A stretch of DNA of 64,000 nucleotides from an uncultured Acidobacteriota bacterium (lineage in GTDB: Bacteria > Acidobacteriota > Polarisedimenticolia > J045), in NCBI GenBank assembly GCA_963702425.1, contig CAVPCQ010000038.1, positions 4,992 to 68,991 of the forward strand, given 5' to 3'. The notes beneath the pieces were generated by a model. That model was not told the DNA's origin. It saw nothing but the letters and a program-made list of their open reading frames with translations, and did not search any database. Positions 15,715 through 26,649 of this stretch are shown here, piece after piece (position 1 is the first letter of the stretch; each line of letters starts with the position of its first letter). The position numbers were made by a program, and so were the translations under genes.

Positions 15715-18151
15715 TCAGAACGCACCCACCGCCACCTTGTAGAACGCCAGCACCGGCCCCGAGCCGTCCGCGCCGACGACCCAGGCGACGCCGGGGTTGC
15801 GGCTGTAGCCGTACGCGATCGTCGCGCTCGACGGCAGCGCACGCGAGAAGAGCAGCGTGATCGTGGCCCCGCTCGCGGTCTGAGAGCTTGGCTGCACCGG
15901 GACCGCGCCGTCGTAAGCGCGGAACAGGCCGGGGATGCCGCCGGTCACGTTCTTGTCCCAGCGCACCTCGATCTGCGTGCGCGCCCCGTCGCTGAACTTC
16001 GCTGCGACCAACTTCGGCACCTGGACCGCCGGCTGCCCGTACGAACCGGCGCGCACCACCCGCGCCAGCCGCACGCCCGCGGTCTTGTAGCCGTCCACGC
16101 TGAGGTGGATCGAGTCCGAGCGCGGCTGGTCGATCAGCGGGATCACGCCGGCGAGGGGATCGAGCCCCTGCCGGCGCTGCGCCTCCTGGATCGGCAGCCA
16201 GGTCTCGAAGTCCTCGGTCAGATAGGTCGCCAGCTGGCAGTTGCCGAAGAAGAGGCTGGGGCTGCCGAGATCGGTGCGCAGGTTCGCGACCAGCGCGCGG
16301 AGGTCGGCGAGGTAGAGGTCGGTCCCGCGGCCGGCGTCCGACTCGCCCTGGTACCAGAGCGCGCCGCGGATCGGGTGAGCGTAGCCCTGCGCCCGGACGC
16401 GCGAGACCGCCGATCCGTAGAGCGTGCCGCGGTTGAACGGGTCGGCCGCGTTGCGCTGCCACTGGCTGTAGAGATTGGTCCCGCCGAGCGGGGCCGGAAT
16501 GATCGCTACCGGCACGCCGACCGTTCTCTCGATCTCCTTGCCGAAGCGGAGCATCAGCGTGTGGAGCGGGGCCTCCTCGCTGACGCGATCGACCTGGTCC
16601 GTGCCGTCGTCCATCGGCTCGCGGGCGCGCTTCCAGGCATAGTCGTTGCCGAACAGGTGCACGCGATCGATCGGCGGCTCGGCCGGTTCGAGCGAGCCGG
16701 AGTAGCCCGACATGTTCGACTGGCCGATCGCCAGGAAGACGTCGCCGACCGCGATCTCCGTCACCGTGTCGCTGCCCAGCACCGTCCCGGCCGCGACGTC
16801 GACGAGTCGCGCCTCGAGGTCGTAGTTGCCGCCCGCCGGGACGGCCTCGAGCGCGAAGGACGCGGTGGCGCCCGCGGGAGCGGCCGAGAGCGGGAAGGCG
16901 TGGTCGGCCCAGTCGAAGCCGGGCAGGGGGGCGCCGTTCGTGCTCACGACGACCCGCACCTCCAGCCGCGCCGCACCGTCCGCGCGGTAAGCGACCGGCA
17001 CCGGCAGCGGGGCGCGCCCGTCCGGTCCGCGCTGGAACAGCTTCCACTCGACGAGGCCGTCGTGCGCCCGGAAGATCGCCAGCGCCGCGGCCGGCAGCGC
17101 CTTCTCCGCGGTGACGCGCAGCAGCGGGCGCCGCCCGTCGACGAGGTCCGAGAGGCCGAGGCCGCGCCCGAACAGGCGGTGATCGTCGGCGATCGTGAAG
17201 ACGCCGACGTCGAGGTCCCAGCCCGTGCCGTTCCAGCGATCGAGGCGAAGCGTCGACTGCGTCCCGAAGTCCTTCGCCAACCGCAGGCGCATCCGGCCCG
17301 GCGCGCCCAGCGAGGCCTGCCCGAGCGCCGTGAACTCGCGGCCGCGCCGCACCCACGCGAACGCGGTGCCCGTCGCGTCGACGCGGAACAGCACCCCGCC
17401 GCCGGCGTTCTCGGCGTAGCTCCCCTCGTTCCAGAGGTTGATCTCGAACTGGGCGGCCAGCGAGGTCGTGTCGAGGTAGGCGACCTGCGCCCGTTGCGGG
17501 CCGTCCTGGGGCAGGCGGTCGAAGACGTCGACGCAGCCCTGGCCCGAGCCGTCGTACGACACGGCGAGGTCGCCCGCGACGTCGCGCACCGCGAAGGTCG
17601 CGTTGACCGCGCCGCGACTGCGTCATGTCGGCCGGGCGCTGGCCCGGAAGGTCACCGTCGAAGGTGTAGGTCTTCGGGTCGCAGGCGTCGCCCAGCCCGT
17701 CGGCGTTCTGGTCGGCCTGCGACGGGTTGGTCGCGCCGGGGCAGTTGTCCCGGTCGTCGCGCACGAGGTCGCCGTCGTCGTCGGCGCAGCGCACGGCGGG
17801 AGCGCGCGGGGTGCCGTCGGAGGCGTCGCCCAGGGACCCCTCGCCGTCGGAGTTCCAGGCTGCGACGAGATAGGAGAAAAGCACTCCGGGGGTGTCGGGG
17901 TCGGCGGCCGACAGGTCGGAGGTCCGGAAGACGAGGCACGAGAGGTCGGCCCCGTCCGCACGTGCGCCGCGGTAGAGGTCGTACCGCTCCGCCCCGGCGA
18001 CCGGGTCCCAGCGCAGCGTGGCGCGGTCGGGATCGACGCGCAGCGTCGGGCCGACCTCCGGGGGGCGCTGGGCCCGCGCGGCGGGCGAACCGAGCGTGCC
18101 TGCGAGCAGGAGCGCAGCGCAAGCCGTACGAGCCAGGCGGACCGCGACCAT
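15715..18151 (-). pseudogene. secreted sialate O-acetylesterase-like (SASA/DUF303, SGNH) enzyme with N-terminal FN3-like module and TSP3-like Asp-rich repeat; +1 frame disruption near 17600-17622
   Basis: ATG 18151 has GGAGG 5 nt upstream. Signal peptide: MVAVRLARTACAALLLAG..ARAQ. Asp-rich repeat: DDDGDLVRDDRDNCPGATNPSQADQNADGLGDACD. The frame then changes (...PADMTQSR | GAVNATFAVRDVAGD...) into track ORF 15715..17589, which carries AIGQSNMSG and LWYQGESD. The second frame has TGA at 17623-17625, so the shift must lie downstream of that. Confidence 0.75.
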
Positions 18152-18253
18152 CGAACCTCCCCGAAGACCCATGGATATACGGCGAACCGGGGCGGGAAGA
18201 CGGCCTTGGTGGCGAAAGCCGGTCGTCCGTGGTCCGCCCCCAAGCGGGCCCAT

Positions 18254-20125
18254 CTAGCGAGGATCGGCGTCCAGCGACGCGATCGCCCGCGCGACCTCGC
18301 GGCGCGCCTCGTCGTAGCGCGCCAGCGGCCACGACTTGGGGCCGTCGATCCACTTCCCGGTGCCGCCGTCGACGCGGCCGATCTCCTTGACGCGGTCGGC
18401 GATCTCGCCGCGCAGCCGATCGAGCGTCAGCTGCGCCGCCTGCCGCACCGCCGGCTTCCCGCGCCCCTCCGCCAGCGCCCGCTCCAGCGCCTCGAGGTAC
18501 TTCAGGTCGTCGATCCCCTCGCGCGACGCTTCCCAGTCGCGCAGGAAGCAGCGCGACTCGCCGCACGGTGCGGAGGCCGGTTCCCAGGCCCAGAACATCA
18601 CGTTGTCGAGGCCCAGCTTCCAGGCCAGGAAGCCGGCCTGGTAGCGCACCCCTTCCGGACGGTTGCCGTAGATGTTGATGTAGGTTCCGTAGCGGTCGCC
18701 GGCCGCGCGGGTGCGCTCGCGCGTCTCGGGCCCGAGGTAGCGATTGTGGTACGAGCGCGTCTTCAGGTACGGCTCGAGCCGCAGCGCCGGCTCGTCGCCG
18801 ACCGGCTGGAACCAGAGCGCGCTTTCGTCCGGCTCGGAAACGGTCGGCTCGTTGCAGGTGATGAACGAGTCGGCGCCGGCCTCCGCGGCAGCGCGCACCA
18901 TCGCCATCGCCAGCCGGAACGAGCCGCGCGTCTGGTGCGGCTCGTCGACGAGGTAGTAGAAGAAGGGCTGCCAGCCGCGTCGCGCGGCCTCGGCGTCGAG
19001 CGTCTTCATCCCGGCCACCCAGCCCTCGAACACGAAGCGGCCGAAGCTCGTGTCGGGCGGACCGTACGGGTCCTTCGAGGGACGGTAGGGGCCCTTCCAG
19101 CGCTCGACCCCTTCGATCGGCTCGCCCCCCTCGTACAGGAACATGAAGCCGGCGTTGTAGTCGAGGCCGCCGGCTGCCTTCTCCGGCACCGGAACCCCGG
19201 ACATCTTGAGGCCGGCGACGGTCGAGCGGACCATGTACTGGTAGAGCATGATCCCGACCGGGTGCGAGAGGCCCAGCCCGGCCTGCCGCGCCGTCTCCAC
19301 GGCGGTGATCGTCGGCGCGAAACCATCGTCGAAGACGAAGCTCGTGCCCGCGAGGCGCGGGATCGACTGCTTCGGCCAGCCCGGGTTGACGCAGATCGTG
19401 TTCATCCCGTGGGCGCGGCAGTCGGTGAAGGTGGCGGCGGAGAGCGGCCAGTTGTCGCCGTAGACCCACAGCGCCGGCCGCGCCTCGCCGAGCCGGAAGG
19501 GATAGACCTCGACCTCCAGCGGCAGCGCCGCCAGTTCGGCGCCGTCCGCGACCAGCGCGAGCGAGCCGCGGTAGCTGCCCGCCGCCGCGTCGTCGGGGGC
19601 GTGCAGCGTGATCCAGTAGGCGCGAGTCGTGGCCGCCGCGAGATCGGCGCCGGCCGCCTCCTGCGGGTCGAGGAAGCCCGGGTGCCGCGGGTGCTCCTTG
19701 AGCTTCGGCCAGCGCTCGCGCGGCTCGATCATCCGCACCACGCGGACGTCCAGCGCCGCCGCCGGGATCGTGGCGCCGCCGGGGCCCGCGAGCGCGGACG
19801 GCACGAGCCGCAGGCCGCGCAGACCGTCGCGCACGCGGACCCCCACGCTGGCCGGCTCGTACTCCCCGGGAGTCAGGGCGAGGCGAACCGTTCCCCCCAG
19901 CTCGGCCAGCGCCGGGAGGTCCTCCTCGTAGATCGGCGCCATCCAGTCGCGGGAGAAGAGCGCCACGCGCGGGAGGTCCGCGTCGGTCGGGCCGGGCGCG
20001 CCGCAACCCGCCGTCAGCAGGCCGGCGAGGCCGGCGAGGCCCGCGAGGACGGCGACCCCGGCGACGCGTCGGAGACGGATCGGCCGGTCGGAAACGGTGG
20101 CGCAACGCGGCGAACGGGGGTCCAT
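18254..20125 (-). CDS. lipoprotein, possible glycoside-hydrolase-like (TIM-barrel) protein; function uncertain
   Basis: 623 aa from ATG 20125. Lipobox: LAGLAGLLTAGC. It has a large conserved-looking body (..CRAHGMNTICVNPGW.., ..FFYYLVDEPH.., ..FITCNEP.., ..VMFWAWE..). It lies directly upstream of the esterase gene on the same strand. Confidence 0.55.
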   Translation of the reverse strand: MDPRSPRCATVSDRPIRLRRVAGVAVLAGLAGLAGLLTAGCGAPGPTDADLPRVALFSRDWMAPIYEEDLPALAELGGTVRLALTPGEYEPASVGVRVRDGLRGLRLVPSALAGPGGATIPAAALDVRVVRMIEPRERWPKLKEHPRHPGFLDPQEAAGADLAAATTRAYWITLHAPDDAAAGSYRGSLALVADGAELAALPLEVEVYPFRLGEARPALWVYGDNWPLSAATFTDCRAHGMNTICVNPGWPKQSIPRLAGTSFVFDDGFAPTITAVETARQAGLGLSHPVGIMLYQYMVRSTVAGLKMSGVPVPEKAAGGLDYNAGFMFLYEGGEPIEGVERWKGPYRPSKDPYGPPDTSFGRFVFEGWVAGMKTLDAEAARRGWQPFFYYLVDEPHQTRGSFRLAMAMVRAAAEAGADSFITCNEPTVSEPDESALWFQPVGDEPALRLEPYLKTRSYHNRYLGPETRERTRAAGDRYGTYINIYGNRPEGVRYQAGFLAWKLGLDNVMFWAWEPASAPCGESRCFLRDWEASREGIDDLKYLEALERALAEGRGKPAVRQAAQLTLDRLRGEIADRVKEIGRVDGGTGKWIDGPKSWPLARYDEARREVARAIASLDADPR

Positions 20126-20198
20126 GGAAATCCCAGAGTGTACCGTCACCGGCGCCGGGGGGAAGGACTGCGTACATTCAGGCACCCGTGGGCCGACC

Positions 20199-21623
20199 AT
20201 GAACGAATTCCCCGAGCGCCACCCATTCGCCGTGCCGGAGATCGACTGGACGGCCGCCCGCGCCCTCGTGCGCGAGCGGATCCGGCGGCAGTGGCCCGCC
20301 GTCGGCGATGCGGAACTCGGCGAGCGGACCGACGATGCGCTGGTCCGGCTGGCACGCCGGCTGCGGGCCGACCTGCCCCCGCCGAGCGAGGAGGCGATGG
20401 CCGGTGCGGTGGCCCGCTCGCTGCTCGAGCAGCTGCGCGGCCGGCGCCGCTGGCTGGCTCTCCACGCCCTCGTCTCTGGCGCGCCCGGCCGTGCGCGCGA
20501 ATTGCCCGAGCCGCTCGGAGATCCGCTCGAGCGCTTCCGCTTCCTGGCGCTGGCGGCGGTCGCCCAGCCGGACGCCGATCCGGGGGCGCACGATCGCGTG
20601 CGCCTGGCGATCGAGGGTCATCCGATGCCTCCCGTCGCGCTGCCGGAGGAGACATCGCTCGAGGGACCGCGCCTCGCGCGCCGGTTCGCGCGCACGCTGG
20701 CGCACGATCCCGCGTTCGCACCGCTCGCCTCCTGGAGCGCCCGCGCCGTGGCGTCCGGCGTACCGACCGACGAGATCGCCGCGCAGGCCTGGTTCGGCGC
20801 CCGCATCCTCCCGTTCCTGACCGGCCTGCTGCGCCCGGCCGAGGACGCGCTCTTCCGCGAGTTCGGCGACCGCGACGCGCACTGCCGCTACGCCTTCGCG
20901 CCGTTCGCGGAGGGGGCGGGCGAGCCCGCGGACGTCGAGGGGCACGTCCCGCCGCCGGTCCTCGCACGCTGGACCGGGGCACCGCTGGATCTCGGCCCGG
21001 CCGAGTCGCACGCCGTGCGCGAGCACCTCGCTGGCTGTGGCGAGTGCCGCGACGACCTGGCGGCGCTCGGATGCGATGCCGGTGCCCTGGAGCCAAGCCG
21101 CACGTCCGCGCGGCGCCCGCCCTGGCCGCGGCACCGGCGTGACCGGGCGCTGACCGGGTGGGCGGTGACGGCGACCGTGGCCGCGGTCGTCCTGGGCGTG
21201 CTGCTGCTGCGGTCGGCGTCCCGGACGAGTCCCGTCGCCGGTGCGGGTGGGCCGGGACCGGCCGGCGGCGCTGTCGCCGCGGTGGAGCCGGTGGGTGCGC
21301 CGCACGTCGTACTGTCCGGTACGAGGCGTCCGCCCGCGTCGCTCTTGCCGCCGATCGCTCTCGCCGGCGGTGAGCCGCTCTTCGTGCGCCTTCCCGACGT
21401 TCCGGCGGCGGTGCAGTCGATCGTCGTCGAGCTCGACGACGCGACGGGCCGGCCGCTGGTCCGCGAGCGCCTGCCGGTGGCCCGCGTCAACGCCGCCTTC
21501 CAGCTCGCGATCCGGCCCGCCACGCCCTGGAGGAGCGGAAACTATCGGCTGCGCGTGCTGGCCGCCGACGGCGAGACTCCGCTGTTCGACCGGCCGCTCG
21601 CGATCCGCACCGCGGGCGAGTGA
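20199..21623 (+). CDS. single-pass membrane protein with zf-HC2 anti-sigma-like motif
   Basis: 474 aa from ATG 20199. HAVREHLAGCGECRDDLAAL resembles the H-x3-C-x2-C anti-sigma zinc motif. It is followed by a TM helix (WAVTATVAAVVLGVLLL) and an extracytoplasmic tail. Confidence 0.5.
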   Translation: MNEFPERHPFAVPEIDWTAARALVRERIRRQWPAVGDAELGERTDDALVRLARRLRADLPPPSEEAMAGAVARSLLEQLRGRRRWLALHALVSGAPGRARELPEPLGDPLERFRFLALAAVAQPDADPGAHDRVRLAIEGHPMPPVALPEETSLEGPRLARRFARTLAHDPAFAPLASWSARAVASGVPTDEIAAQAWFGARILPFLTGLLRPAEDALFREFGDRDAHCRYAFAPFAEGAGEPADVEGHVPPPVLARWTGAPLDLGPAESHAVREHLAGCGECRDDLAALGCDAGALEPSRTSARRPPWPRHRRDRALTGWAVTATVAAVVLGVLLLRSASRTSPVAGAGGPGPAGGAVAAVEPVGAPHVVLSGTRRPPASLLPPIALAGGEPLFVRLPDVPAAVQSIVVELDDATGRPLVRERLPVARVNAAFQLAIRPATPWRSGNYRLRVLAADGETPLFDRPLAIRTAGE

Positions 21624-21645
21624 CCCCGACGCGGCGCTCTCCGCG

Positions 21646-22071
21646 TCAAGGCTGCCACCACTCGATCTGCTCGACCGCCGCGTTGAAGACGTAGACCCGC
21701 ACGTTGTTGCACTCGGGGTCGGAGGGGATGACGAAGAAACCGCGTTTGGCCGGGCTGTAGCCGACGGTGAAGCCTCGTAGGATTTCGCCATCCTTGAAAT
21801 GCACGATCACCTTGCGGCCCTGGCCGCGCGCGTCGGCCAGCTCGTCCTGCAGCTGGCGCGTCGCGTCGCCGCTGAAGGTGCGCACGAAGAAGACCGCCTT
21901 GAGGTCGACGAGCGCGACCTTGACCGCCGGCCGGCTCTCGTCGCCGTCTTCGTGAATGTGGATCTCCGGGCGGTCGGGGTAGAAGTCGTGCGTTGTACCC
22001 TTGAGCAGCCGCCCGTCCATGAAGCGCAGCACCACCATCCCGAGTTTGGCCGGGGTGAGCGTCGGGTTCAT
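21646..22071 (-). CDS. conserved hypothetical protein (141 aa)
   Basis: A clean ORF with non-shadow composition (MNPTLTPAKLGMVVLRFMDGRLLKGTTHDFYPDRPEIHIHEDG...). I do not recognise a family. Confidence 0.5.
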   Translation of the reverse strand: MNPTLTPAKLGMVVLRFMDGRLLKGTTHDFYPDRPEIHIHEDGDESRPAVKVALVDLKAVFFVRTFSGDATRQLQDELADARGQGRKVIVHFKDGEILRGFTVGYSPAKRGFFVIPSDPECNNVRVYVFNAAVEQIEWWQP

Positions 22072-22094
22072 GACCGCCCTCCTCCCGGACTAAT

Positions 22095-22120
22095 GTAGGG
22101 GCCGGCCTCCGTGCCGGCCC
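22095..22120. repeat. REP-like hairpin element, single copy (variant CTCCGT loop)
   Basis: GTAGGGGCCGGCCTCCGTGCCGGCCC has the stem GGCCGGC/GCCGGCC. It belongs to the same family as the elements at 35685-35798 and 44607-44724. Confidence 0.7.
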
Positions 22121-22294
22121 GTCCGGAACCCGTCTGGCTCCGGGCGGCCCGAAAGGCCCGCCGCACCCGGGTTTCGGCCGCCCCCGAGCTTGACCCCGGC
22201 GACCCCCCCCCGGGCCGCCGCGCTCGCTGACCCGGCCGCCCCCCGGGGGGCGCGCACCGGGCGGGCGCTCCTGCCCCTGCGGGGTCGCGCCCGG

Positions 22295-23299
22295 TCACGG
22301 CGTCTCCACCGCCACCGGCGCCGCAGCCGCCGCCAGCTCGGCCACGACCTCTTCCACCCGCTCCTCGTAGCGTGGCGAGACGTGCAGCGGCACCACCGTG
22401 CCCGCGCCCGCCGCGCGCGCGATCCGTCCCGCGATCGCCGCCGTCAGGTGGGCGTTGCGTTGCGCGAGCGCGTGATCGGCCTCGAGGTAGTGAGCCTCGA
22501 TCACGAGTCGGTGGACGCCGCGGGCCAGCTCGACGATCGCCGCGACGTTCGCCTCGTCCGGGGCGGCGTCGCACGCATACGCCAGCGTGTCCCCCTCGGT
22601 GATGCGCACCAGCCGTGCGCGCAGCTCGCCGACCGGCAGCACGCGCCCGTCCGGCAGCGCGATCGGCTCGTCGTCGGTCGCGCCGCGACGCACCGCGGCC
22701 TTGAGCGCGCCGAGCCACGGCCCGGCCGCGAGGCCGAGCCGCTCGACCTCGACCGGATCGACGTTGAGCCCGCGCCGCTCCTCGACGCGATAGGCGATCG
22801 AGGGGATGCCTCCGTGGTCGAGCACCGCGGCGCGGACCTCCAGCAGCTCGTCGGCCAGCACCGGCCCCTCGCCCGGCGCCGGCCCACGGGCGATCGCATA
22901 CGGCTCGAACCCGGCCGAGGACGGGAAACGCCAGGTCTCGGTCCGATCGGCATGGACCTCGACCACCGTCAGGTCGAGCGGGAACGCCTCGACCAGATTC
23001 CAGGCGTATCCCCCGAGGTGGCTGCGCACGTGGGCGGCCAGTCCCGGTGGCCCGACGAGGCGCAGCGGACGCTCGGGCCGGCCCAGCCGGGCACGCAGCA
23101 GCCGGGCCAGCCCGAAGACGTGGTCGACGTGGGCGTGGGTCACCAGCACATCGGCCGCGTCGAGCAGGGTGCGCGGCGTCAACGACGCGGCATCTCCGGC
23201 GTCGAGGAGGAGCAGGCGCGGCAGCCACGGAACGCGCACGACGACCAGCGGATCGCCGACGAGGCCGTTGGGGAGCGCAATCCGGAAGCCGCGACGCAT
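22295..23299 (-). CDS. MBL-fold metallo-hydrolase (RNase Z/ElaC-like)
   Basis: 334 aa. VLVTHAHVDHVFG is an HxHxDH motif, and a later AVLDHGG..IAY and C-terminal LHVSPRY fit the RNase Z-like layout. Confidence 0.7.
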   Translation of the reverse strand: MRRGFRIALPNGLVGDPLVVVRVPWLPRLLLLDAGDAASLTPRTLLDAADVLVTHAHVDHVFGLARLLRARLGRPERPLRLVGPPGLAAHVRSHLGGYAWNLVEAFPLDLTVVEVHADRTETWRFPSSAGFEPYAIARGPAPGEGPVLADELLEVRAAVLDHGGIPSIAYRVEERRGLNVDPVEVERLGLAAGPWLGALKAAVRRGATDDEPIALPDGRVLPVGELRARLVRITEGDTLAYACDAAPDEANVAAIVELARGVHRLVIEAHYLEADHALAQRNAHLTAAIAGRIARAAGAGTVVPLHVSPRYEERVEEVVAELAAAAAPVAVETP

Positions 23300-23404
23300 C
23301 GCGCGCTAGGATAGCGAACACCGGGTTGTGGGGCAGGGCGGCCAAGACTACCCTTGCCCGTCACGCCCCGACCCGCGCCGCGCGCGCCCCCCAATGGATC
23401 GATC

Positions 23405-24643
23405 ATGCCTGCCGCCCGTACCCTGCGCACCGCCCTGACCTGGCTCGTGATCCTCGCGCTGCTCGGCACCGCGGCCTGGTACTTCCTGTTGCGCGAGAAG
23501 AAAGAGGACGCCCCCGTCTACCGGACCGAGGCGCTGACGAAGGGCGACGTCACCTCGTCCGTGACCGCGACCGGCACGCTGTCCGCCGTGACCACCGTTC
23601 AGGTCGGAAGCCAGGTCTCGGGGATCATCTCGAGGCTGTACGCCGACTTCAACAGCCGGGTGCAGAAGAACCAGCTGCTGGCGGAGCTCGATCCGACGCC
23701 GTTCCTCGCGCAGGTCGAGCAGCGCCGCGCCGACCTCGCGCGGGCCGAGGTCAACGCCCGCAACAGCAAGGTCACCTACGAGCGCCAGAAGCGGCTCTCC
23801 GAGGAAGGGCTCTCGGCCGCGACCGAGTACGACGCCGCGAAGGCGGCGTACCAGGTGGACGACGCGGTCGTCCGGCAGCTGGAGGCCGCGCTGAGCCAGT
23901 CCGAGACCAATCTGCGCTACACGAAGATCCTCTCGCCGATCGACGGCGTGGTCGTGGACCGGCAGTACGACGTGGGCCAGACGGTCGCCGCGTCGTTCCA
24001 GGCGCCGACGCTCTTCACGATCGCCCAGGACCTGACGGAGATGCAGGTCCAGGCCGACGTGGACCAGTCCGACATCGGGAAGGTCAGGATCGGTCTGCCC
24101 GTGCACTTCACGGTCGACGCCTACCCGGAGCAGGAGTTCCGCGGCGCGATCACGCAGATCCGCCTCAACGCCACCGTGCAGCAGAACGTCATCACCTACC
24201 CGGTGATGATCGAGGTCCCGAACCCGGGCGAGAAGCTGCGTCCGAAGATGACGGCCGACGTCACGATCGACATCGAGACCGTCAAGGACGCGCTGCGGAT
24301 CCCCAACGCGGCGCTGCGCTTCCGGCCGCCGGAGTCGGCGACTGCCGGCGGCGAGGCTGCGTCGAATGGAACGGCGAGCGGCGGCACCGCCGCGGCCGCA
24401 CCCGCCGCCGTCCCCGCGGCAGGGCCCGGCGGCCACGGCGGCGGCGGCCGGCGCGAGTCGACCGTCTACAGCCTCGGGCCGGACGGTGCGCTGAAGCCGT
24501 TCTCGGTCACGACCGGGATCACCGATGGCCGGTTCACCGTCGTCGCGGGGGGCGACCTGAAGGAGGGGGACCAGGTCGTCGTCGGATCCCCGACGACGAA
24601 GGTCGAAGGCACCGGCCGTCCGCCGGGCATGGGCCGGATGTAG
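23405..24643 (+). CDS. macA: efflux transporter periplasmic adaptor (MacA/HlyD family)
   Basis: ATG 23405, TM anchor LTWLVILALLGTAAWYF. Motifs seen: GTLSAVTTVQVGSQVSGII..L.ADFNS.V.K.QLLAELDP, a coiled-coil hairpin, then I.SPIDGVV and beta-barrel segments. It directly precedes the ABC genes. Confidence 0.8.
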   Translation: MPAARTLRTALTWLVILALLGTAAWYFLLREKKEDAPVYRTEALTKGDVTSSVTATGTLSAVTTVQVGSQVSGIISRLYADFNSRVQKNQLLAELDPTPFLAQVEQRRADLARAEVNARNSKVTYERQKRLSEEGLSAATEYDAAKAAYQVDDAVVRQLEAALSQSETNLRYTKILSPIDGVVVDRQYDVGQTVAASFQAPTLFTIAQDLTEMQVQADVDQSDIGKVRIGLPVHFTVDAYPEQEFRGAITQIRLNATVQQNVITYPVMIEVPNPGEKLRPKMTADVTIDIETVKDALRIPNAALRFRPPESATAGGEAASNGTASGGTAAAAPAAVPAAGPGGHGGGGRRESTVYSLGPDGALKPFSVTTGITDGRFTVVAGGDLKEGDQVVVGSPTTKVEGTGRPPGMGRM

Positions 24644-24681
24644 GCCGGCGCACGCCGCCGGCCCGGAGCGAGACTGCCGCC

Positions 24682-25401
24682 ATGCCGCTCGTCGACATGC
24701 AGAAGATCGTCAAGATCTACGCCTCGGGCGACCTCGAGGTGCGGGCGCTCGACGGGATCGACCTGGCGATCGCCGCCGGCGAGTTCGTGGCCGTCATCGG
24801 TCCGTCCGGATCCGGCAAGTCGACGCTGATGAACATCCTCGGCTGCCTCGACCGGCCGACCGAGGGGACCTACCGGCTCGATGGCGTCGACGTCTCGGAG
24901 ATGAGCGCCAACCAGCGGGCCGAGATCCGCAACTCGCGCCTGGGATTCGTCTACCAGAACTTCAACCTGCTCTCGCGCACGACCGCGCTCGAGAACGTCG
25001 AGCTGCCGCTGATCTACGGCCAGGCGCCGCTGTCGGCCCGCCAGCGGCGCGCGCGCGCGCGGGAGATCATCCGGCGCGTCGGGCTCGACGGCCGCGAGAA
25101 GCACACGCCGGCGCAGCTCTCGGGCGGCCAGCAGCAGCGGGTAGCGATCGCGCGGGCGCTGATCACCGACCCGCCGGTGATCCTCGCCGACGAGCCGACC
25201 GGCAACCTCGACACGCGCACCTCGCAGGAGGTGATGGAGATCTTCGAGCGGCTCAACGACGAGGGGAAGACCGTGGTCATCATCACGCACGAGCACGACA
25301 TCGCCGCGTACGCGCGGCGGGTCGTGGCCTTCCGCGACGGGAAGATCGTGCAGGACGCCCCGCTCGAGGAGCGCCGGCGCGCGCAGGCGGCGCAGCCGTG
25401 A
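24682..25401 (+). CDS. macB: ABC transporter ATP-binding protein (MacB/LolD type)
   Basis: Walker [10 protein letters not shown], signature [15 protein letters not shown], Walker [13 protein letters not shown]-loop ITHE. It is hidden in shadow ORF 23047..25401. Confidence 0.9.
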   Translation: MPLVDMQKIVKIYASGDLEVRALDGIDLAIAAGEFVAVIGPSGSGKSTLMNILGCLDRPTEGTYRLDGVDVSEMSANQRAEIRNSRLGFVYQNFNLLSRTTALENVELPLIYGQAPLSARQRRARAREIIRRVGLDGREKHTPAQLSGGQQQRVAIARALITDPPVILADEPTGNLDTRTSQEVMEIFERLNDEGKTVVIITHEHDIAAYARRVVAFRDGKIVQDAPLEERRRAQAAQP

Positions 25402-26627
25402 CCGGCCTGCAGCGGGTGCTGTCGATCGTGAGGATCGGTCTGCGCGCGATCCTGCGGCACAAGCTGCGCTCGTTCCTCACCGTGCTGGGGATCGTGATCG
25501 GCGTCGGCTGCGTGATCACGATGGTCGCGATCGCGACCGGCGCCTCGAAGGCGATCCAGTCGTCGATCAACTCGCTCGGCTCGAACTTCATCATGATCTT
25601 CCCCGGTGCCGTGACGCAGTCGGGGGCGCGGATCTTCACCGGCCAGTCGTCGCTGACGGAGGAGGACGCGGCCGCGATCAAGGCCGAATGCCCGTCGGTG
25701 GCCTACGTCTCCGCCGGGGCGCGCACCTCGGCGCAGGTCGTCGCTGGCGAGGAGAACTGGGGGACCCAGATCCAGGGCGCGGACGTCGACTGGCCCTTCA
25801 TCCGGGCCTGGAACATGGCCGAGGGGGCGTTTTTCACCGAAGGGGACGTCAAGTCCGCGGCCAAGGTTGCCGTGCTGGGCAAGACCGTCTCCGACGCGCT
25901 GTTTCCACAGGGCGGACCGGTCGGCCAGACGATCCGGATCAAGAACGTCCCCTTCCGGGTCGTCGGCGTGCTCGAGGGGAAGGGCGGCTCACAGATGGGG
26001 CAGGACCAGGACGACGTGATCATCGCGCCCTACACGACCCTGCTCAAGCGCCTGGAGAGCCACTCCCACCGGCTCGGCGTCATCCTCGTCGCCGCGGCCG
26101 ACCCGTCGCTGGTGCCCCAGGCGATGGGCGAGATCGAGGCCCTGCTGCGCCAGCGGCGCCGGCTGCAGCCCGGGCAGGACAACGACTTCATGATGCGCTC
26201 CCAGGAGGAGATCTCCTCGATCGCGAGCCAGAGCGTCAACACCTTCTCCACCCTGCTCGGCTCGGTGGCGGCGATCTCGCTGCTGGTCGGCGGGATCGGG
26301 ATCATGAACATCATGCTGGTCTCGGTGACCGAGCGGACGCGCGAGATCGGGATCCGGATGGCGGTCGGCGCCAAGGGGCGCGACGTGCTGTCGCAGTTCC
26401 TGATCGAGGCGGTCGTGCTGTCGCTCGTCGGCGGCGTGATCGGGATCGGCGCCGGAGTGCTGGTCAGCCGGATCATCGCCGACAGCGCCGGCTGGCCGGT
26501 CGAGGTCACGCCCGGATCGATCGCCATGGCCTTCGGCACGGCGGCGCTGATCGGGATCTTCTTCGGCTTCTACCCGGCGCGGAAGGCCAGCAAGCTCGAC
26601 CCGATCGACGCGCTGCGGTACGAGTGA
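25398..26627 (+). CDS. ABC transporter permease (MacB/FtsX family with periplasmic domain)
   Basis: GTG 25398 overlaps the ATPase gene's stop (GTGA). 409 aa. The N-terminal TM and large periplasmic domain are followed by the FtsX-type C-terminus ([28 protein letters not shown]...[19 protein letters not shown]). Confidence 0.9.
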   Translation: MTGLQRVLSIVRIGLRAILRHKLRSFLTVLGIVIGVGCVITMVAIATGASKAIQSSINSLGSNFIMIFPGAVTQSGARIFTGQSSLTEEDAAAIKAECPSVAYVSAGARTSAQVVAGEENWGTQIQGADVDWPFIRAWNMAEGAFFTEGDVKSAAKVAVLGKTVSDALFPQGGPVGQTIRIKNVPFRVVGVLEGKGGSQMGQDQDDVIIAPYTTLLKRLESHSHRLGVILVAAADPSLVPQAMGEIEALLRQRRRLQPGQDNDFMMRSQEEISSIASQSVNTFSTLLGSVAAISLLVGGIGIMNIMLVSVTERTREIGIRMAVGAKGRDVLSQFLIEAVVLSLVGGVIGIGAGVLVSRIIADSAGWPVEVTPGSIAMAFGTAALIGIFFGFYPARKASKLDPIDALRYE

Positions 26628-26649
26628 GCCGGACCGGCCGCGGGGAGGG